Part shown: piece after piece, positions 1 through 9,685 of the stretch
How the letters are laid out: each line of letters starts with the position of its first letter
Position numbering within the stretch: position 1 is the stretch's first letter
Assembly (NCBI GenBank): GCA_965262015.1
Contig: OZ253494.1
Location: 353,240 to 417,239 of the forward strand
Direction of reading: 5' to 3'
DNA length: 64,000 nt
DNA from: Leptospiria bacterium
GTDB taxonomy: Bacteria > Spirochaetota > Leptospiria > Turneriellales > CBDBES01
Translations under genes and position numbers: made by a program
Notes under the pieces: model-generated
Told to the model about the DNA's origin: nothing
Database searches by the model: none
What the model saw: the letters and a program-made list of their open reading frames with translations, nothing else

Positions 1-270
1 GTTAAGAAAGGTTGTGTTGCATGTCACCGTCTAGACGGCAATCGTCTAGTTGGTCCTCCACTAAATGGGCTATTGAATAAAAAAGAAGTTCTACAGAATG
101 GCAATACGGTGGTTATAGATGAAAATTATTTACGAGAATCTCTTCTTAGTCCAGGGGCTAAAGTAGTAAAGGGTTACCCACCTATGAATGCTCAAGACCT
201 AGAACCGCAAGAGATAGATGCTTTGGTACAGTTTCTAAAGAGTTGTAAAAAAGTAAATTGTGCACCATAA
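1..270 (+). CDS. ctaC: cytochrome c oxidase subunit II, C-terminal fused cytochrome c domain (5' partial, open to window edge)
   Basis: Frame 1 is open from nt 1: 'VKKGCVACHRLDGNRLVGPPLNG...GYPPMNAQ...'. It has a CxxCH haem-c motif at nt 13-27 and a downstream Met-containing segment. It lies directly upstream of ctaD/E/F, as in caa3-type operons. The ORF track lists only 73..270 because it requires a start codon. Confidence 0.7.
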   Translation, partial: VKKGCVACHRLDGNRLVGPPLNGLLNKKEVLQNGNTVVIDENYLRESLLSPGAKVVKGYPPMNAQDLEPQEIDALVQFLKSCKKVNCAP

Positions 271-298
271 TATTAGTAAATATGATTAGAGGTATACT

Positions 299-1924
299 AT
301 GGATAATTTAGCTGAATTGAATAAAGAATATGGTGAGCATTATTTGTCTAGAAAAGGCTTGTTTGAGTGGTTTCGCTCTACAGATCACAAGCGAATAGGC
401 ATTTTATATTTAATTAGTGGTCTAATTTCTTTCTTCGTAGGGGGAATATTTGCCCTTTTACTTAGAACAGAGTTGCTTCAGCCAGGGCAAACTATTATGG
501 ATGCACAAATGTACAATATTGTGTTTACTCTTCACGGTACTATCATGATTTTCTTGTTTATTGTACCTGGTATTATTGCTTCATTTGGCAACTTTTTATT
601 GCCCATTATGATTGGTGCCCCAGATGTAGCATTTCCTAGACTTAATCGCTTTAGTTTTCAGCTATGGTTATTAGGTGCTTTCATTATTCTATTTGGATTA
701 TTATCTGGCATACCCGCCGATACGGGTTGGACTTTTTACACTCCCTATAGTGCTAAAAGTAATAGTAAAGTTATAGTTATGGTGTTAGGAGCTTTCGTCT
801 TAGGCTTTTCCTCTATTCTTACAGGTTTAAACTTTATTGTTACTACGCATAAACTGAGGGCTCCTGGAATGACTTGGTTTCGAATGCCTCTGTTTATTTG
901 GTCGATTTATTCGGCGTCTATCATACAGATTATTGCCACCCCTGTGATTGGTATTACACTTCTTCTACTTGTTGCAGAGCGTGTTTTTGGTGTAGGTTTC
1001 TTTGATCCAACAAAGGGGGGGGATCCTGTTTTATTTCAACACTTCTTTTGGTTTTATTCCCATCCAGTCGTTTACATTATGATCTTACCTGCCATGGGGG
1101 TTGTGTCTGAAATTTTACCTTGTTTTAGTAGAAAACCTATTTTTGGATATAAAGCAATCGCTTATTCTTCCCTTGCCATTGCTGCTGTGAGTTTTTTAGT
1201 GTGGGGACATCACCTATTTGTTGCGAATCAGTCTTATGTAGTCACTGTGATATTTTCTTTTCTTACTTTCATGGTTGCCATTCCAACGGCTATTAAAGTA
1301 TTTACTTGGATGGCTACCCTTTACGGTGGTCAAATAAACTTAAAATCTCCTATGTTATATGCACTAGCTTTTTTATTTTTGTTTGCAATTGGTGGTCTTA
1401 CTGGTATTTTTCTAGGAGCACTTGCTCTAAATGTGCCATTACATGATACCTATTTTGTAGTCGCTCATTTCCATTATACACTTCAGGGAGGTACAGTATT
1501 GGCCTTGTTCGCTGCTCTGCATTACTGGTTTCCCAAGATGTCTGGTAAGATTTTTAACGAAAAGTTAGCAGTTTTTGCTTTTATCTTTACCTTTATAGGT
1601 TTTAATTTAACTTTTATTCCACAATTTGTGATGGGATTACAGGGTGCTCCAAGAAGGTACTTTGATTATTTGCCTGTATGGCAGTCTTTGCATATGTTGT
1701 CTTCAATAGGCTCTTACCTTCTTGGTACAGGTTATTTTATTACCTTGATGAATTTTCTATTTTCTTCTTTCAAAGGAAAACCTGTCAATAATAATCCATG
1801 GGGTGCTCGTACACTAGAATGGCAAATTGCTTCGCCACCTCCCCACTATAATTTTAATTCTATACCCACTATTACAAAGTGGCCGTATGACTATGGCCAA
1901 AACACTCCTATGGATGGTTTGTAA
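299..1924 (+). CDS. ctaD: cytochrome c oxidase subunit I
   Basis: 541 aa polytopic protein with subunit I signatures: 'FTLHGTIMIFLFIVP', 'FQHFFWFYSHPVVYIMILP', 'VWGHHLF', 'VVAHFHYTLQGG'. Confidence 0.97.
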   Translation: MDNLAELNKEYGEHYLSRKGLFEWFRSTDHKRIGILYLISGLISFFVGGIFALLLRTELLQPGQTIMDAQMYNIVFTLHGTIMIFLFIVPGIIASFGNFLLPIMIGAPDVAFPRLNRFSFQLWLLGAFIILFGLLSGIPADTGWTFYTPYSAKSNSKVIVMVLGAFVLGFSSILTGLNFIVTTHKLRAPGMTWFRMPLFIWSIYSASIIQIIATPVIGITLLLLVAERVFGVGFFDPTKGGDPVLFQHFFWFYSHPVVYIMILPAMGVVSEILPCFSRKPIFGYKAIAYSSLAIAAVSFLVWGHHLFVANQSYVVTVIFSFLTFMVAIPTAIKVFTWMATLYGGQINLKSPMLYALAFLFLFAIGGLTGIFLGALALNVPLHDTYFVVAHFHYTLQGGTVLALFAALHYWFPKMSGKIFNEKLAVFAFIFTFIGFNLTFIPQFVMGLQGAPRRYFDYLPVWQSLHMLSSIGSYLLGTGYFITLMNFLFSSFKGKPVNNNPWGARTLEWQIASPPPHYNFNSIPTITKWPYDYGQNTPMDGL

Positions 1925-1927
1925 AAA

Positions 1928-2545
1928 ATGAGTGCACATTTGTTTTCAGATGACCTAAAATATGACATGTCTAAATTAGGGATGTGGCTTTTTCTAGCTA
2001 CTGAAGTTCTCTTATTTACAGGGTTATTTACAACCTACGCTATTTTTCGTTTTCGTTATAGTTCAGAGTTCTCAAATGCCGCATCCGAACTTAGTGTGAT
2101 GATGGGAACTATTAATACTATTGTCTTATTATTAAGTAGCTTAACTGTTGCCCTCTCCATCGAAATGATGAAAACTGGCAATGTAAGGGTGTCTATTGCC
2201 CTGATTGTTGCTACGCTTCTATGTGCAGTCGTTTTTCTAGTAATTAAATATTTTGAATATAGTGCCAAGATACATCATGGCTTGTTTCCTTCGTCACTAG
2301 CAAGTAATCCTCTTCATTGGAAAAATGGTGAAGTTTTGTTTTTTGTGCAGTATTTTATTATGACAGGGATACATGGATTACATATTTTAATTGGAATGGG
2401 GGTGTGGATTTACGTTATAGTCAAGATGGTTAAAGGTACTGTACATCCAGGATATTTTCCTCATCTCGAGGTATCAGGTTTATATTGGCATTTAGTTGAT
2501 CTGATTTGGATTTTTTTGTTTCCTATGCTATATCTTATTGCCTGA
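1928..2545 (+). CDS. ctaE: cytochrome c oxidase subunit III
   Basis: 205 aa, starts 3 nt after the ctaD stop. Motifs: 'FLATEVLLFTGLF', 'TGIHGLHILIGMG', 'LYWHLVDLIWIFLF'. Confidence 0.9.
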   Translation: MSAHLFSDDLKYDMSKLGMWLFLATEVLLFTGLFTTYAIFRFRYSSEFSNAASELSVMMGTINTIVLLLSSLTVALSIEMMKTGNVRVSIALIVATLLCAVVFLVIKYFEYSAKIHHGLFPSSLASNPLHWKNGEVLFFVQYFIMTGIHGLHILIGMGVWIYVIVKMVKGTVHPGYFPHLEVSGLYWHLVDLIWIFLFPMLYLIA

Positions 2546-2555
2546 GTGTATTACT

Positions 2556-2870
2556 ATGAATAATGAAAGCCAAAGTCATAATTCATCTCATATCCCTCTT
2601 TTGTTGAGTGTTTTTGTTAGTTTGATTATACTAACCCTGTTAACGGTTATCTCTTCTCAAGTTAATTTTGGTTCTCCTATAATAGATAACATGGTTGCTA
2701 TGGGTATTGCCAGTATAAAAGGTTGGTTAGTTTTATACTATTTTATGCATTTAAAATGGGAAGATACATTAGTGAAGGTTTTTGCCGCCATAAGTTTACC
2801 TTTTGCCTTTCTCATGATTGGAATGGATCTGATGGATTTAATATTTCGCTTATTTGAAAAACAATTTTAA
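2556..2870 (+). CDS. ctaF: cytochrome c oxidase subunit IV (prokaryotic caa3-type small subunit)
   Basis: Small 3-TM protein following ctaE. 'SIKGWLVLYYFMHLKWE' matches the conserved K..LV...FMHL motif of bacterial subunit IV. The track ORF begins at TTG 2538; the ATG at 2556 (MNNESQ...) is the more likely start. Confidence 0.7.
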   Translation: MNNESQSHNSSHIPLLLSVFVSLIILTLLTVISSQVNFGSPIIDNMVAMGIASIKGWLVLYYFMHLKWEDTLVKVFAAISLPFAFLMIGMDLMDLIFRLFEKQF

Positions 2871-2922
2871 CTGATGATTTAATTATTCCATATAATTGAG
2901 TCATGTATTCTTTGTACTTGTT

Positions 2923-3954
2923 ATGAACCAAAATACTCGTTCTTATCTTATGGCGTGGTTATCAGCTTGTGCTATTTTTGTATTGATTATTCTTGTTTTG
3001 GGTGGCATTGTGCGTTTAACACGCTCTGGTTTATCCATAGTTGAATGGAAGCCCGTGACTGGTTGGTTACCACCCCTCACCTCTCAAGAATGGTCTATGG
3101 CTTTTGAAAAATATAAAAACTATCCTGAATATAAACATCGTAGTACAATGGATGAGGTAACTTTAGAGCAATATAAAGTGATTTATAAATGGGAATTTAT
3201 ACATCGTTTTTTAGGTAAGTTACTTGGTCTAGTATTTATTATACCTTTCCTTGGATTTGTTTTGGTGCAAAAACAAGCTCGAATGTGGTTAATGAAACTC
3301 ATACCTTTATTATTTTTAGGTATGTTACAAGGATTTTTAGGTTGGTATATGGTAAAAAGTGGGTTGGTAAACCAACCAGCAGTAAGTCATTATCGCCTTG
3401 CCATGCATCTATCCCTGGCTTATATTATTTTTAGTTATTTGATTTGGACGATTCTTAGCCTTAAGTATACCAAAAGCATACAGCCCCCTCCTAAACTATT
3501 AAAATTTTCTCAAGGTTTTCTTATGTTAGTGATTTTACAGATTTTTTGGGGTGTCTTGTTGGCGGGCCTAAAAGGCGGTTATATTTACAATACGTTTCCA
3601 TTGATGGGGAATCAGATTATTCCCAATGGCTTATTCTCTTTAGCCAATACATCACTAAATTTTGTGGAAAATCCAGTAACCGTACAATTTATTCATAGAG
3701 TTTTAGGTATATTAATTTTTCTTAAAATTATTTTTAGCTTTTTTTATTTAAAAAAATATCAACTCAATCTAAGACAGTCAGTTTCCATTTATTCTTTTTT
3801 AATGTTGGGCATACTCCAAGTATGTTTAGGGATTATTACACTTGTGTACGGTGTCCCCATCATTATTGCTGTCTTACACCAGGTTATTGCTCTATGTTTT
3901 TTTTCCTGCTTAGTGGCTTTTTTACATTCTTTACTATGGGAAAAAGAAGTTTAA
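2923..3954 (+). CDS. ctaA: haem A synthase (COX15/CtaA family)
   Basis: About 8 TM segments. Motifs 'GGIVRLTRSGLSIVEWKP', 'WEFIHRFLG', 'QFIHRVLG', and a position next to the cta genes. Start is ambiguous (TTG 2896 or ATG 2923). Confidence 0.8.
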   Translation: MNQNTRSYLMAWLSACAIFVLIILVLGGIVRLTRSGLSIVEWKPVTGWLPPLTSQEWSMAFEKYKNYPEYKHRSTMDEVTLEQYKVIYKWEFIHRFLGKLLGLVFIIPFLGFVLVQKQARMWLMKLIPLLFLGMLQGFLGWYMVKSGLVNQPAVSHYRLAMHLSLAYIIFSYLIWTILSLKYTKSIQPPPKLLKFSQGFLMLVILQIFWGVLLAGLKGGYIYNTFPLMGNQIIPNGLFSLANTSLNFVENPVTVQFIHRVLGILIFLKIIFSFFYLKKYQLNLRQSVSIYSFLMLGILQVCLGIITLVYGVPIIIAVLHQVIALCFFSCLVAFLHSLLWEKEV

Positions 3955-3957
3955 CAT

Positions 3958-5487
3958 ATGACTATTAAAAATGCCATTTTATCAGTTTATGATAAAAGTA
4001 ATATCCTCACTCTGGCTCATGCTTTAGTAGCAAAAAATATTCAAATTTATTCCACAGGTGGGACATATAAAATGTTAACCAACTCTAATATACCTGTTAC
4101 AGCGATTGATAGCTACACTAACTTTCCAGAGGTATTATCGGGTAGAGTCAAAACACTACATCCAAATGTTCATGCTGGTATACTAGCACGTAGGCATAAT
4201 CAAAATGACATGAAACAAGTAGATACTCATCACATTGTCTTGTTTGATTTAGTATGTATTAATTTGTATCCCTTTGAAGATTTTATACAAAATAACCAAA
4301 ACTCTCCTACATTTTTATCTGAATCACTAGAAATGATTGATATTGGTGGCCCTACCATGATAAGAGCTGCCGCTAAGAATTATCCTGATGTATGTGTTTT
4401 AACAAATGCATTACAATATAATGAATTTATTCAACGTCTTAATGATAATACGATTAAAAATGAGTATCGTTATGCTCTAGCAAAACAAGCTTTTTCTACC
4501 ACCGCACATTATGATAGTATCATTGAACAATTTTTTCAAGATCCGTCTAGTAAATCTCCACTTGATGCAGACGATACTATACAGCTTCGGTACGGAGAGA
4601 ATCCACACCAAAAAGCTAGTATACAGTTTTATGGAGATGATAGTAAACAAATATGGAGACAACTGCATGGTAAAGAGTTATCTTATAATAACCTACTAGA
4701 TCTAGATTCAGCCTTACATCTCTCTGCTGAGTTTAGCGAAACGGTTTGTGCTATTTTAAAACATACCAATCCTTGTGGTGTTGCTCTTCATTCTGATATT
4801 GCCATAGCTGTCGAGAGAGCCATCGCCTGTGATCCAATTAGCTATTTTGGTGGAGTAGTTATTTGTAATCAACCTGTAAATAAAACAGTGGCAGAGCTTT
4901 TGCATCAAGCATTTATTGAACTTATTATTGCTCCGTCTTATTCAGAAGAAGCTTATTCTATTTTATCATCTAAAGCAAATATACGTTTGCTTGAATACAT
5001 ACCCGAAAATATTAATTTCCACATCATGCACCAGAAAAGTACTTTATTTGGTACTTTGCGACAAGATTGTGATCAGTTGTTATTTAATGAAATAGAAGCT
5101 AAAATAGTTACCAAACAACAACCCACTACCAGTATATTGGATGAACTTAAGTTTGCTTTTCAAATTGTGAAGCATGTTAAATCAAATGCAATTATCTTGG
5201 TCAAGGGATTGCAAGTTATAGGCATAGGTGCGGGTCAAATGAATCGTATTGCTTCGGTTGAGTTAGCTTTACACAATGCAAAAAAAAATGGCCATTCTTC
5301 TGAAGGTAGCGTTATGGCTTCAGATGCTTTTTTCCCTTTTGATGATTGTGTGCACATAGCAGGAGAGTATGGAATAAAGTCTATTATCCAACCTGGAGGG
5401 TCATTAAAAGATAATATGAGCATTAAAGCTGCAGATCATCATGGGATAAGTATGATTTTTACTAATATGCGTCATTTCAGGCATTAG
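3958..5487 (+). CDS. purH: bifunctional AICAR transformylase / IMP cyclohydrolase
   Basis: 'ILSVYDKSNI', 'STGGTYKML', 'GRVKTLHPNVHAGIL', 'IGGPTMIRAAAKN', 'RYGENPHQKA', 'IIQPGGSLKD', C-terminal 'MRHFRH'. Confidence 0.95.
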   Translation: MTIKNAILSVYDKSNILTLAHALVAKNIQIYSTGGTYKMLTNSNIPVTAIDSYTNFPEVLSGRVKTLHPNVHAGILARRHNQNDMKQVDTHHIVLFDLVCINLYPFEDFIQNNQNSPTFLSESLEMIDIGGPTMIRAAAKNYPDVCVLTNALQYNEFIQRLNDNTIKNEYRYALAKQAFSTTAHYDSIIEQFFQDPSSKSPLDADDTIQLRYGENPHQKASIQFYGDDSKQIWRQLHGKELSYNNLLDLDSALHLSAEFSETVCAILKHTNPCGVALHSDIAIAVERAIACDPISYFGGVVICNQPVNKTVAELLHQAFIELIIAPSYSEEAYSILSSKANIRLLEYIPENINFHIMHQKSTLFGTLRQDCDQLLFNEIEAKIVTKQQPTTSILDELKFAFQIVKHVKSNAIILVKGLQVIGIGAGQMNRIASVELALHNAKKNGHSSEGSVMASDAFFPFDDCVHIAGEYGIKSIIQPGGSLKDNMSIKAADHHGISMIFTNMRHFRH

Positions 5488-5491
5488 GGAT

Positions 5492-6772
5492 ATGGAAGTC
5501 CAGGTATTACAGAAACAGTTTTTACAGGTACGTTCTATAACAAAAGATATTTGCTCTTTATTGTTTGAAGAAGATATGGTTGTACAAGTTAATGCAGACG
5601 TAAGTCCTGCCAAGTGGCATCTTGGACATACTACTTGGTTCTTTGAAACATTTGTCCTTAAGGTGTATGTTCAGACTTATAAGGTTTTTAAAGACCAGTT
5701 TGATTTTATTTTTAATTCCTACTATAAGCTAATTGGTGAACACATTGTACAAGGAAAACGTCATTGTCTGTCTAGACCTCTATTAAAAGAAATCTTAGAA
5801 TATCGTGATGTTATAGACAATGCAATTCTCTATCTTATCCAACATAGTACAAACCAAGAAATCTTTTCTTATATTGAGTTGGGTATACACCATGAACAAC
5901 AACATCAAGAGTTACTGTATACTGATATTAAACTTAATTTTTTTTCTAATCCCATGAAAATTGCGTATCGCAATCCACGTAATATAGACAAACCATCTAA
6001 TATGGATATCTCTCCAGAATCTGATGTGGAATATATAGACTTTAAAGGTGGGATTACTAGAATAGGGCATGATAATAGTACTTTTTGTTTTGACAACGAG
6101 TGTAAACAACATGAGTATCACATTCATGATTTTTCCCTGCGAGCAACGTGTATAAAAAATCAAGAGTATTTAGATTTTATGAAAGATGGTGGTTATGAGA
6201 ATTCTGAATATTGGTTTTCAGATGCGTGGGATCTAATCCAACAAGGTAAACTTCATGACCCTTGTCCTCTTTACTGGCATAAAATGGATAATCAATGGTA
6301 TGAATTTACCCTAGAAGGTTTTATTGCATTGAATTTGCAACAACCAGTATGTCATGTAAGTTTTTATGAGGCCAGTGCATTTGCAATGTGGTATGGTGCT
6401 AGGTTGCCTACCGAATTTGAATGGGAATATGCAGCTCAATCTTCATATGCTACTGTAACTCCAGAATCCAATGTACTTTGTTCTGATATTTTACATCCTG
6501 TTGTTGAAGCAACCAATAAGACATTATTTCATTTAATGGGTAACTCATGGGAATGGACCAGTAGTGCTTATTTACCTTATCCAGGTTTTAAATATAGATT
6601 ACAGTCTGCCGTCAGTGAATATAATGGCAAGTTCATGGATAATCGGAGAGTTTTAAGGGGCGGTTCCTGTGTTACACCATCATCACATATACGATCCACT
6701 TATAGAAATTTTCTTCACTCACATCAACAGTGGCAGTTTACTGGTATACGTATTGCCAAGGATCTTGTTTAA
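5492..6772 (+). CDS. egtB: ergothioneine-pathway sulfoxide synthase EgtB (DinB-like N-domain + FGE-sulfatase-like C-domain)
   Basis: 'PAKWHLGHTTWFFETF' and 'HHEQQHQELLYTDIK' give a DinB-type metal site. 'FYEASAFAMWYGARLPTEFEWEYAA', 'GNSWEWTSSAY', 'RVLRGGSCVT' give the FGE-like domain. It lies directly upstream of an EgtD-like gene. Confidence 0.8.
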   Translation: MEVQVLQKQFLQVRSITKDICSLLFEEDMVVQVNADVSPAKWHLGHTTWFFETFVLKVYVQTYKVFKDQFDFIFNSYYKLIGEHIVQGKRHCLSRPLLKEILEYRDVIDNAILYLIQHSTNQEIFSYIELGIHHEQQHQELLYTDIKLNFFSNPMKIAYRNPRNIDKPSNMDISPESDVEYIDFKGGITRIGHDNSTFCFDNECKQHEYHIHDFSLRATCIKNQEYLDFMKDGGYENSEYWFSDAWDLIQQGKLHDPCPLYWHKMDNQWYEFTLEGFIALNLQQPVCHVSFYEASAFAMWYGARLPTEFEWEYAAQSSYATVTPESNVLCSDILHPVVEATNKTLFHLMGNSWEWTSSAYLPYPGFKYRLQSAVSEYNGKFMDNRRVLRGGSCVTPSSHIRSTYRNFLHSHQQWQFTGIRIAKDLV

Positions 6773-6773
6773 T

Positions 6774-7883
6774 ATGACACTAAATAGTGAGAATCTAACC
6801 AAGGCTCAGAAACTTATACAAAGCCCTGATCCTTCTTTTTCCATTTATTATCCCATGAAAAATCAGTTATATCCTCATGATCGTATAGAATCATCCTCAC
6901 AATTGGCTGAAATTGATGATCACGAATCATTTGCTTTGGATGTTTTTTCAGGATTATCAAGTCAACCTAAGTATATCCCCTCCCAATATCTTTATGATCA
7001 GAAGGGTAGCCAGTTGTTTACTGAAATCATGAATGCAGAAGATTACTATGTAACACAGTGTGAATATGATATTCTTCAGTCCTCTGCATCAGATATAGCC
7101 ACAATAGTACAAAACAATTATAAGAAGGGCAAGCTTCTGCATCTTATTGAATTAGGAGCAGGTGATGGTTATAAAACTTCTCTCCTTTTACAAGCTTTGC
7201 AAACTCAAGAAATTAAATTTACATATATACCAATTGATATTTCAGCCACAGCTATGGTAATGTTATTAGATCGTCTAAAAAATAATTTTAAACGATTAAA
7301 TGTATTTGGCTTAATCGCTGACTATTTTGATGGAATGAATTGGCTTAATAATAATACGGATGGATGTAATTTTGTTTTATTTTTGGGTGCTAATATTGGT
7401 AATTTTATTCCATCTTTAGCTAATCAATTTTTGCAGAAGATATGGTATACTCTAAATTCAAATGATTTTCTTTTACTAGGATGTGATTTAAAAAAAAATA
7501 TTCCCATCATGGAACGGGCCTACAATGATAAGCAAGGTTATACTAAGGAATTTAATCTTAATCTGTTGAAACGTATGAATATAGAATTAGGAGCCAATTT
7601 TTCTGTTAATGCTTTTCAGCATTGTGGTGTTTATAATCCTTTGTTAGGTGCTATGCAGAGTTTCTTAATTAGTCAAGATAATCAACAAATCTCAATTCGC
7701 AAATTTAATAAAACATTTTCTTTTACTAAATATGAACCTATCTTAATTGAGAATTCATTTAAATATGGAATGGATGATATAGCTATGTTAGCTAAAAATA
7801 CGAATTTTAAGATTGCACATAATTTCCATGATTCAAAATATTATTTTGTGGATTCTTTATGGCAGGCATATAAAGAACTATAA
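6774..7883 (+). CDS. egtD: L-histidine N-alpha-methyltransferase EgtD
   Basis: 'YLYDQKGSQLFTEIMNAEDYYVTQCEYDIL', 'LIELGAGDGYKTSLLL', 'YIPIDISATAM', 'FLGANIGNF', 'LLLGCDLKK', 'AYNDKQGYTKEFNLNLL', 'IENSFKY'. The ATG at 6774 is 2 nt after the egtB stop. The track start at 6669 is an upstream extension overlapping egtB. Confidence 0.8.
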   Translation: MTLNSENLTKAQKLIQSPDPSFSIYYPMKNQLYPHDRIESSSQLAEIDDHESFALDVFSGLSSQPKYIPSQYLYDQKGSQLFTEIMNAEDYYVTQCEYDILQSSASDIATIVQNNYKKGKLLHLIELGAGDGYKTSLLLQALQTQEIKFTYIPIDISATAMVMLLDRLKNNFKRLNVFGLIADYFDGMNWLNNNTDGCNFVLFLGANIGNFIPSLANQFLQKIWYTLNSNDFLLLGCDLKKNIPIMERAYNDKQGYTKEFNLNLLKRMNIELGANFSVNAFQHCGVYNPLLGAMQSFLISQDNQQISIRKFNKTFSFTKYEPILIENSFKYGMDDIAMLAKNTNFKIAHNFHDSKYYFVDSLWQAYKEL

Positions 7884-8228
7884 TGTAGCTCTAAAATTCT
7901 CCACCATAACCAGCAAATCCTCCATGTGTTCTAAATCAGTTATCTTGAGTGCATACTTATTATCTTGTATTTTAGCTTCATAAGTTTTCATACAGTCACT
8001 CATGGCTGTGATACCCATGTTTAATGAAGAACCTTTTATCATGTGAATATGTATGTGCATGTTTACATGATTAGCATACTTTAATTGGTTATACATATGA
8101 CCAATTAAAATTCTAGTATTGCTAATGTAAATATCTAGTAATTTTTTAATAAATGATAAGTCACTAGGCCCTAATTGGATAAACTCTTGCCATTTATCTT
8201 GCTGGATAATACAGCCTTGTAATTGCAT
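7878..8228 (-). CDS. Hpt (histidine phosphotransfer) domain protein
   Basis: 116 aa, predicted helical. 'HIHMIKGSSLNMGITAM' matches the H-x-(L/I)-K-G-S-(A/S) Hpt phospho-His motif. Its 3' end overlaps convergent egtD by 6 nt. Confidence 0.6.
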   Translation of the reverse strand: MQLQGCIIQQDKWQEFIQLGPSDLSFIKKLLDIYISNTRILIGHMYNQLKYANHVNMHIHIHMIKGSSLNMGITAMSDCMKTYEAKIQDNKYALKITDLEHMEDLLVMVENFRATL

Positions 8229-8674
8229 GGATGCCTCTCTTGTTTTAAGATGTGGTAAGGAAGCTTATTAATAGGTAATTTACACTTATGTGACGTATGA
8301 GAGATTAAAAGTATAACAGTATTATGTTATATAAGTTTCATTAAGCAGTTTTTTATAGGACATTGCCAATAAGCAGTTTTACAATGAGAATAGGTAATCT
8401 TATCTAGAGGTAAGGATACTTTGTAAAGACCATCACAAGGCAACACATCCCAATTGTCTTTTTGCTTTGTCTTTATCTTTATTTGAAAAAGCTTCTCCTG
8501 TTTAGATGTATTATTCTCTATCTTTGTCATCAGACTTCTCATGCCTTGATTGTCGGGATTATGTTTATTAAAATAAAATAGAATTATACCTAAAAAAATA
8601 ATTGTAGTATAGATCTAAGCATTCAGAGAAACCATCTAGAAAGTTAATTATAGTTTTGGACAATTTAAGTATTA

Positions 8675-9685
8675 GAAAGTCAAGTCTGGAGTTGGAGAGT
8701 TTAGGGTGTCCATAAGCCTTTTTTCTTAAAAAGATTAAAAATAAGGAGAACGACCAATTAAAATATACAACAAAAAACAGAAGTATTTATCAAAGCATAT
8801 GAGTTATGGAGAGATAGCTCAAAAAATAAATATATCAAAGTCTGCTGTCTTTTATGAGATAAAAACAAAATCAATCAATGACATATATAAGGCTAAAGAT
8901 ATACAATACCTTACGGAAAAAAAAAGATATTATACAAATCATCAAAGAGCAAAGTACCATAATATAAGATTCATGAGCCAGATAGAAAAATATTTTAAAA
9001 TAGAATGGTCATAAAAAGCAATTAGTCTATACCTAAAAAACAAAAATATACAAATATCACAATAAATACTCTATAAAATACTATTCTATTTTAAGGGTAA
9101 TACTTTATGGCGTTTTAGAATATGGTATAAATATCTAGTGGTTATTAAAAATAAAAAAAGTATATAAGAAGCCATATTAATCCATACAAAGCTTTAAAAA
9201 GCTATTTTAGGTCTATTCATAGTATGAAAAAAGCATTTGGAGTATAGGAAATAAATATAATGTATATTAAGAATGGCTATATTGTGGTTGTGGTAGAATA
9301 AGTATTTCACAAGATAATGGTTATACCTATATCCGCTTTATAAGCAGAAACATTATGGGGTTCATGGAAATATCTATTTTCTCAAATGGAAAAAATACAA
9401 GTGATAATTTATGATAAGAGGAACAGAAAATATAAAATTTTAAAAAATCTAAAGAATATTAGAGGCTTCTGTATATGCATGCAATCCAGATTCACCATGG
9501 CAAAAGGGACAAGTTGAGAATTCTATAAAACAACTAAGAAGATATTTTGACAAGAAGGTAAGTTATCAGACACTAAAATAAAAAAATATATTTATATCTT
9601 ATGCTATGATCAATAGCATGTGTAGGATATTTCTATAAGAGAAAACTGCTATCCAAGTCTATTCTATTTAGGACTAGTACTAAAT
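8675..9685 (+). mobile_element. IS30-like element, decayed copy 1 (transposase frame broken many times)
   Basis: Left end 'GAAAGTCAAGTCTGGAGTTGG' at 8675-8695. An N-terminal HTH-like fragment (8799..9014: 'GEIAQKINISKSAVFYEIK') is followed by stop-riddled sequence that still encodes 'PWQKGQVENSIKQLRRYF' (about 9500-9555). The degenerate right end is near 9653-9685. It is homologous along its length to 27123-28318 and, on the opposite strand, to 50215-51208. Confidence 0.65.

Noticed and set aside
2056-2268. Short ORFs nested in or antisense to confident genes (2056..2268, 4477..4699, 5235..5613, 5905..6163, 11338..11670, 12395..12586, 12901..13206, 17763..18029, 20566..20748, 26011..26226, 30975..31187, 31685..31900, 32463..32997, 33781..34074, 39465..39662, 40315..40518, 41508..41983, 44727..45775, 51371..51556, 52148..52330, 54209..54436, 60110..60301, 61770..61958)
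   Set aside because: All lie inside longer ORFs with clear family signatures and show no motifs of their own.
6669-6773. Upstream extensions of egtD (6669), gpsA (to 11801), the OMP-like gene (to 24652), ctaF (2538) and ctaA (2896)
   Set aside because: The extensions overlap the preceding gene or precede an obvious canonical N-terminus (Rossmann 'MRIGIIGSG', signal peptide 'MSYRQKLLLL...', 'MTLNSEN'). Internal ATG starts were preferred.
8327-8542. 71-aa Cys-containing ORF between the Hpt gene and IS copy 1, and the 60-aa ORF at 18249..18431
   Set aside because: There are no recognisable motifs, no convincing ribosome-binding site by eye, and they sit in IS-flanking or convergent intergenic DNA. 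Evidence is insufficient to call genes, though the 8327..8542 ORF cannot be excluded.
8799-9014. 71-aa ORF, plus 27509..27691, 27725..27961, 28023..28232 and 50714..50920, as independent genes
   Set aside because: Each is a surviving piece of an IS30-like transposase frame (HTH, DDE core or C-terminus) separated by stops and frameshifts. They are annotated as parts of decayed IS copies, not as functional CDSs.
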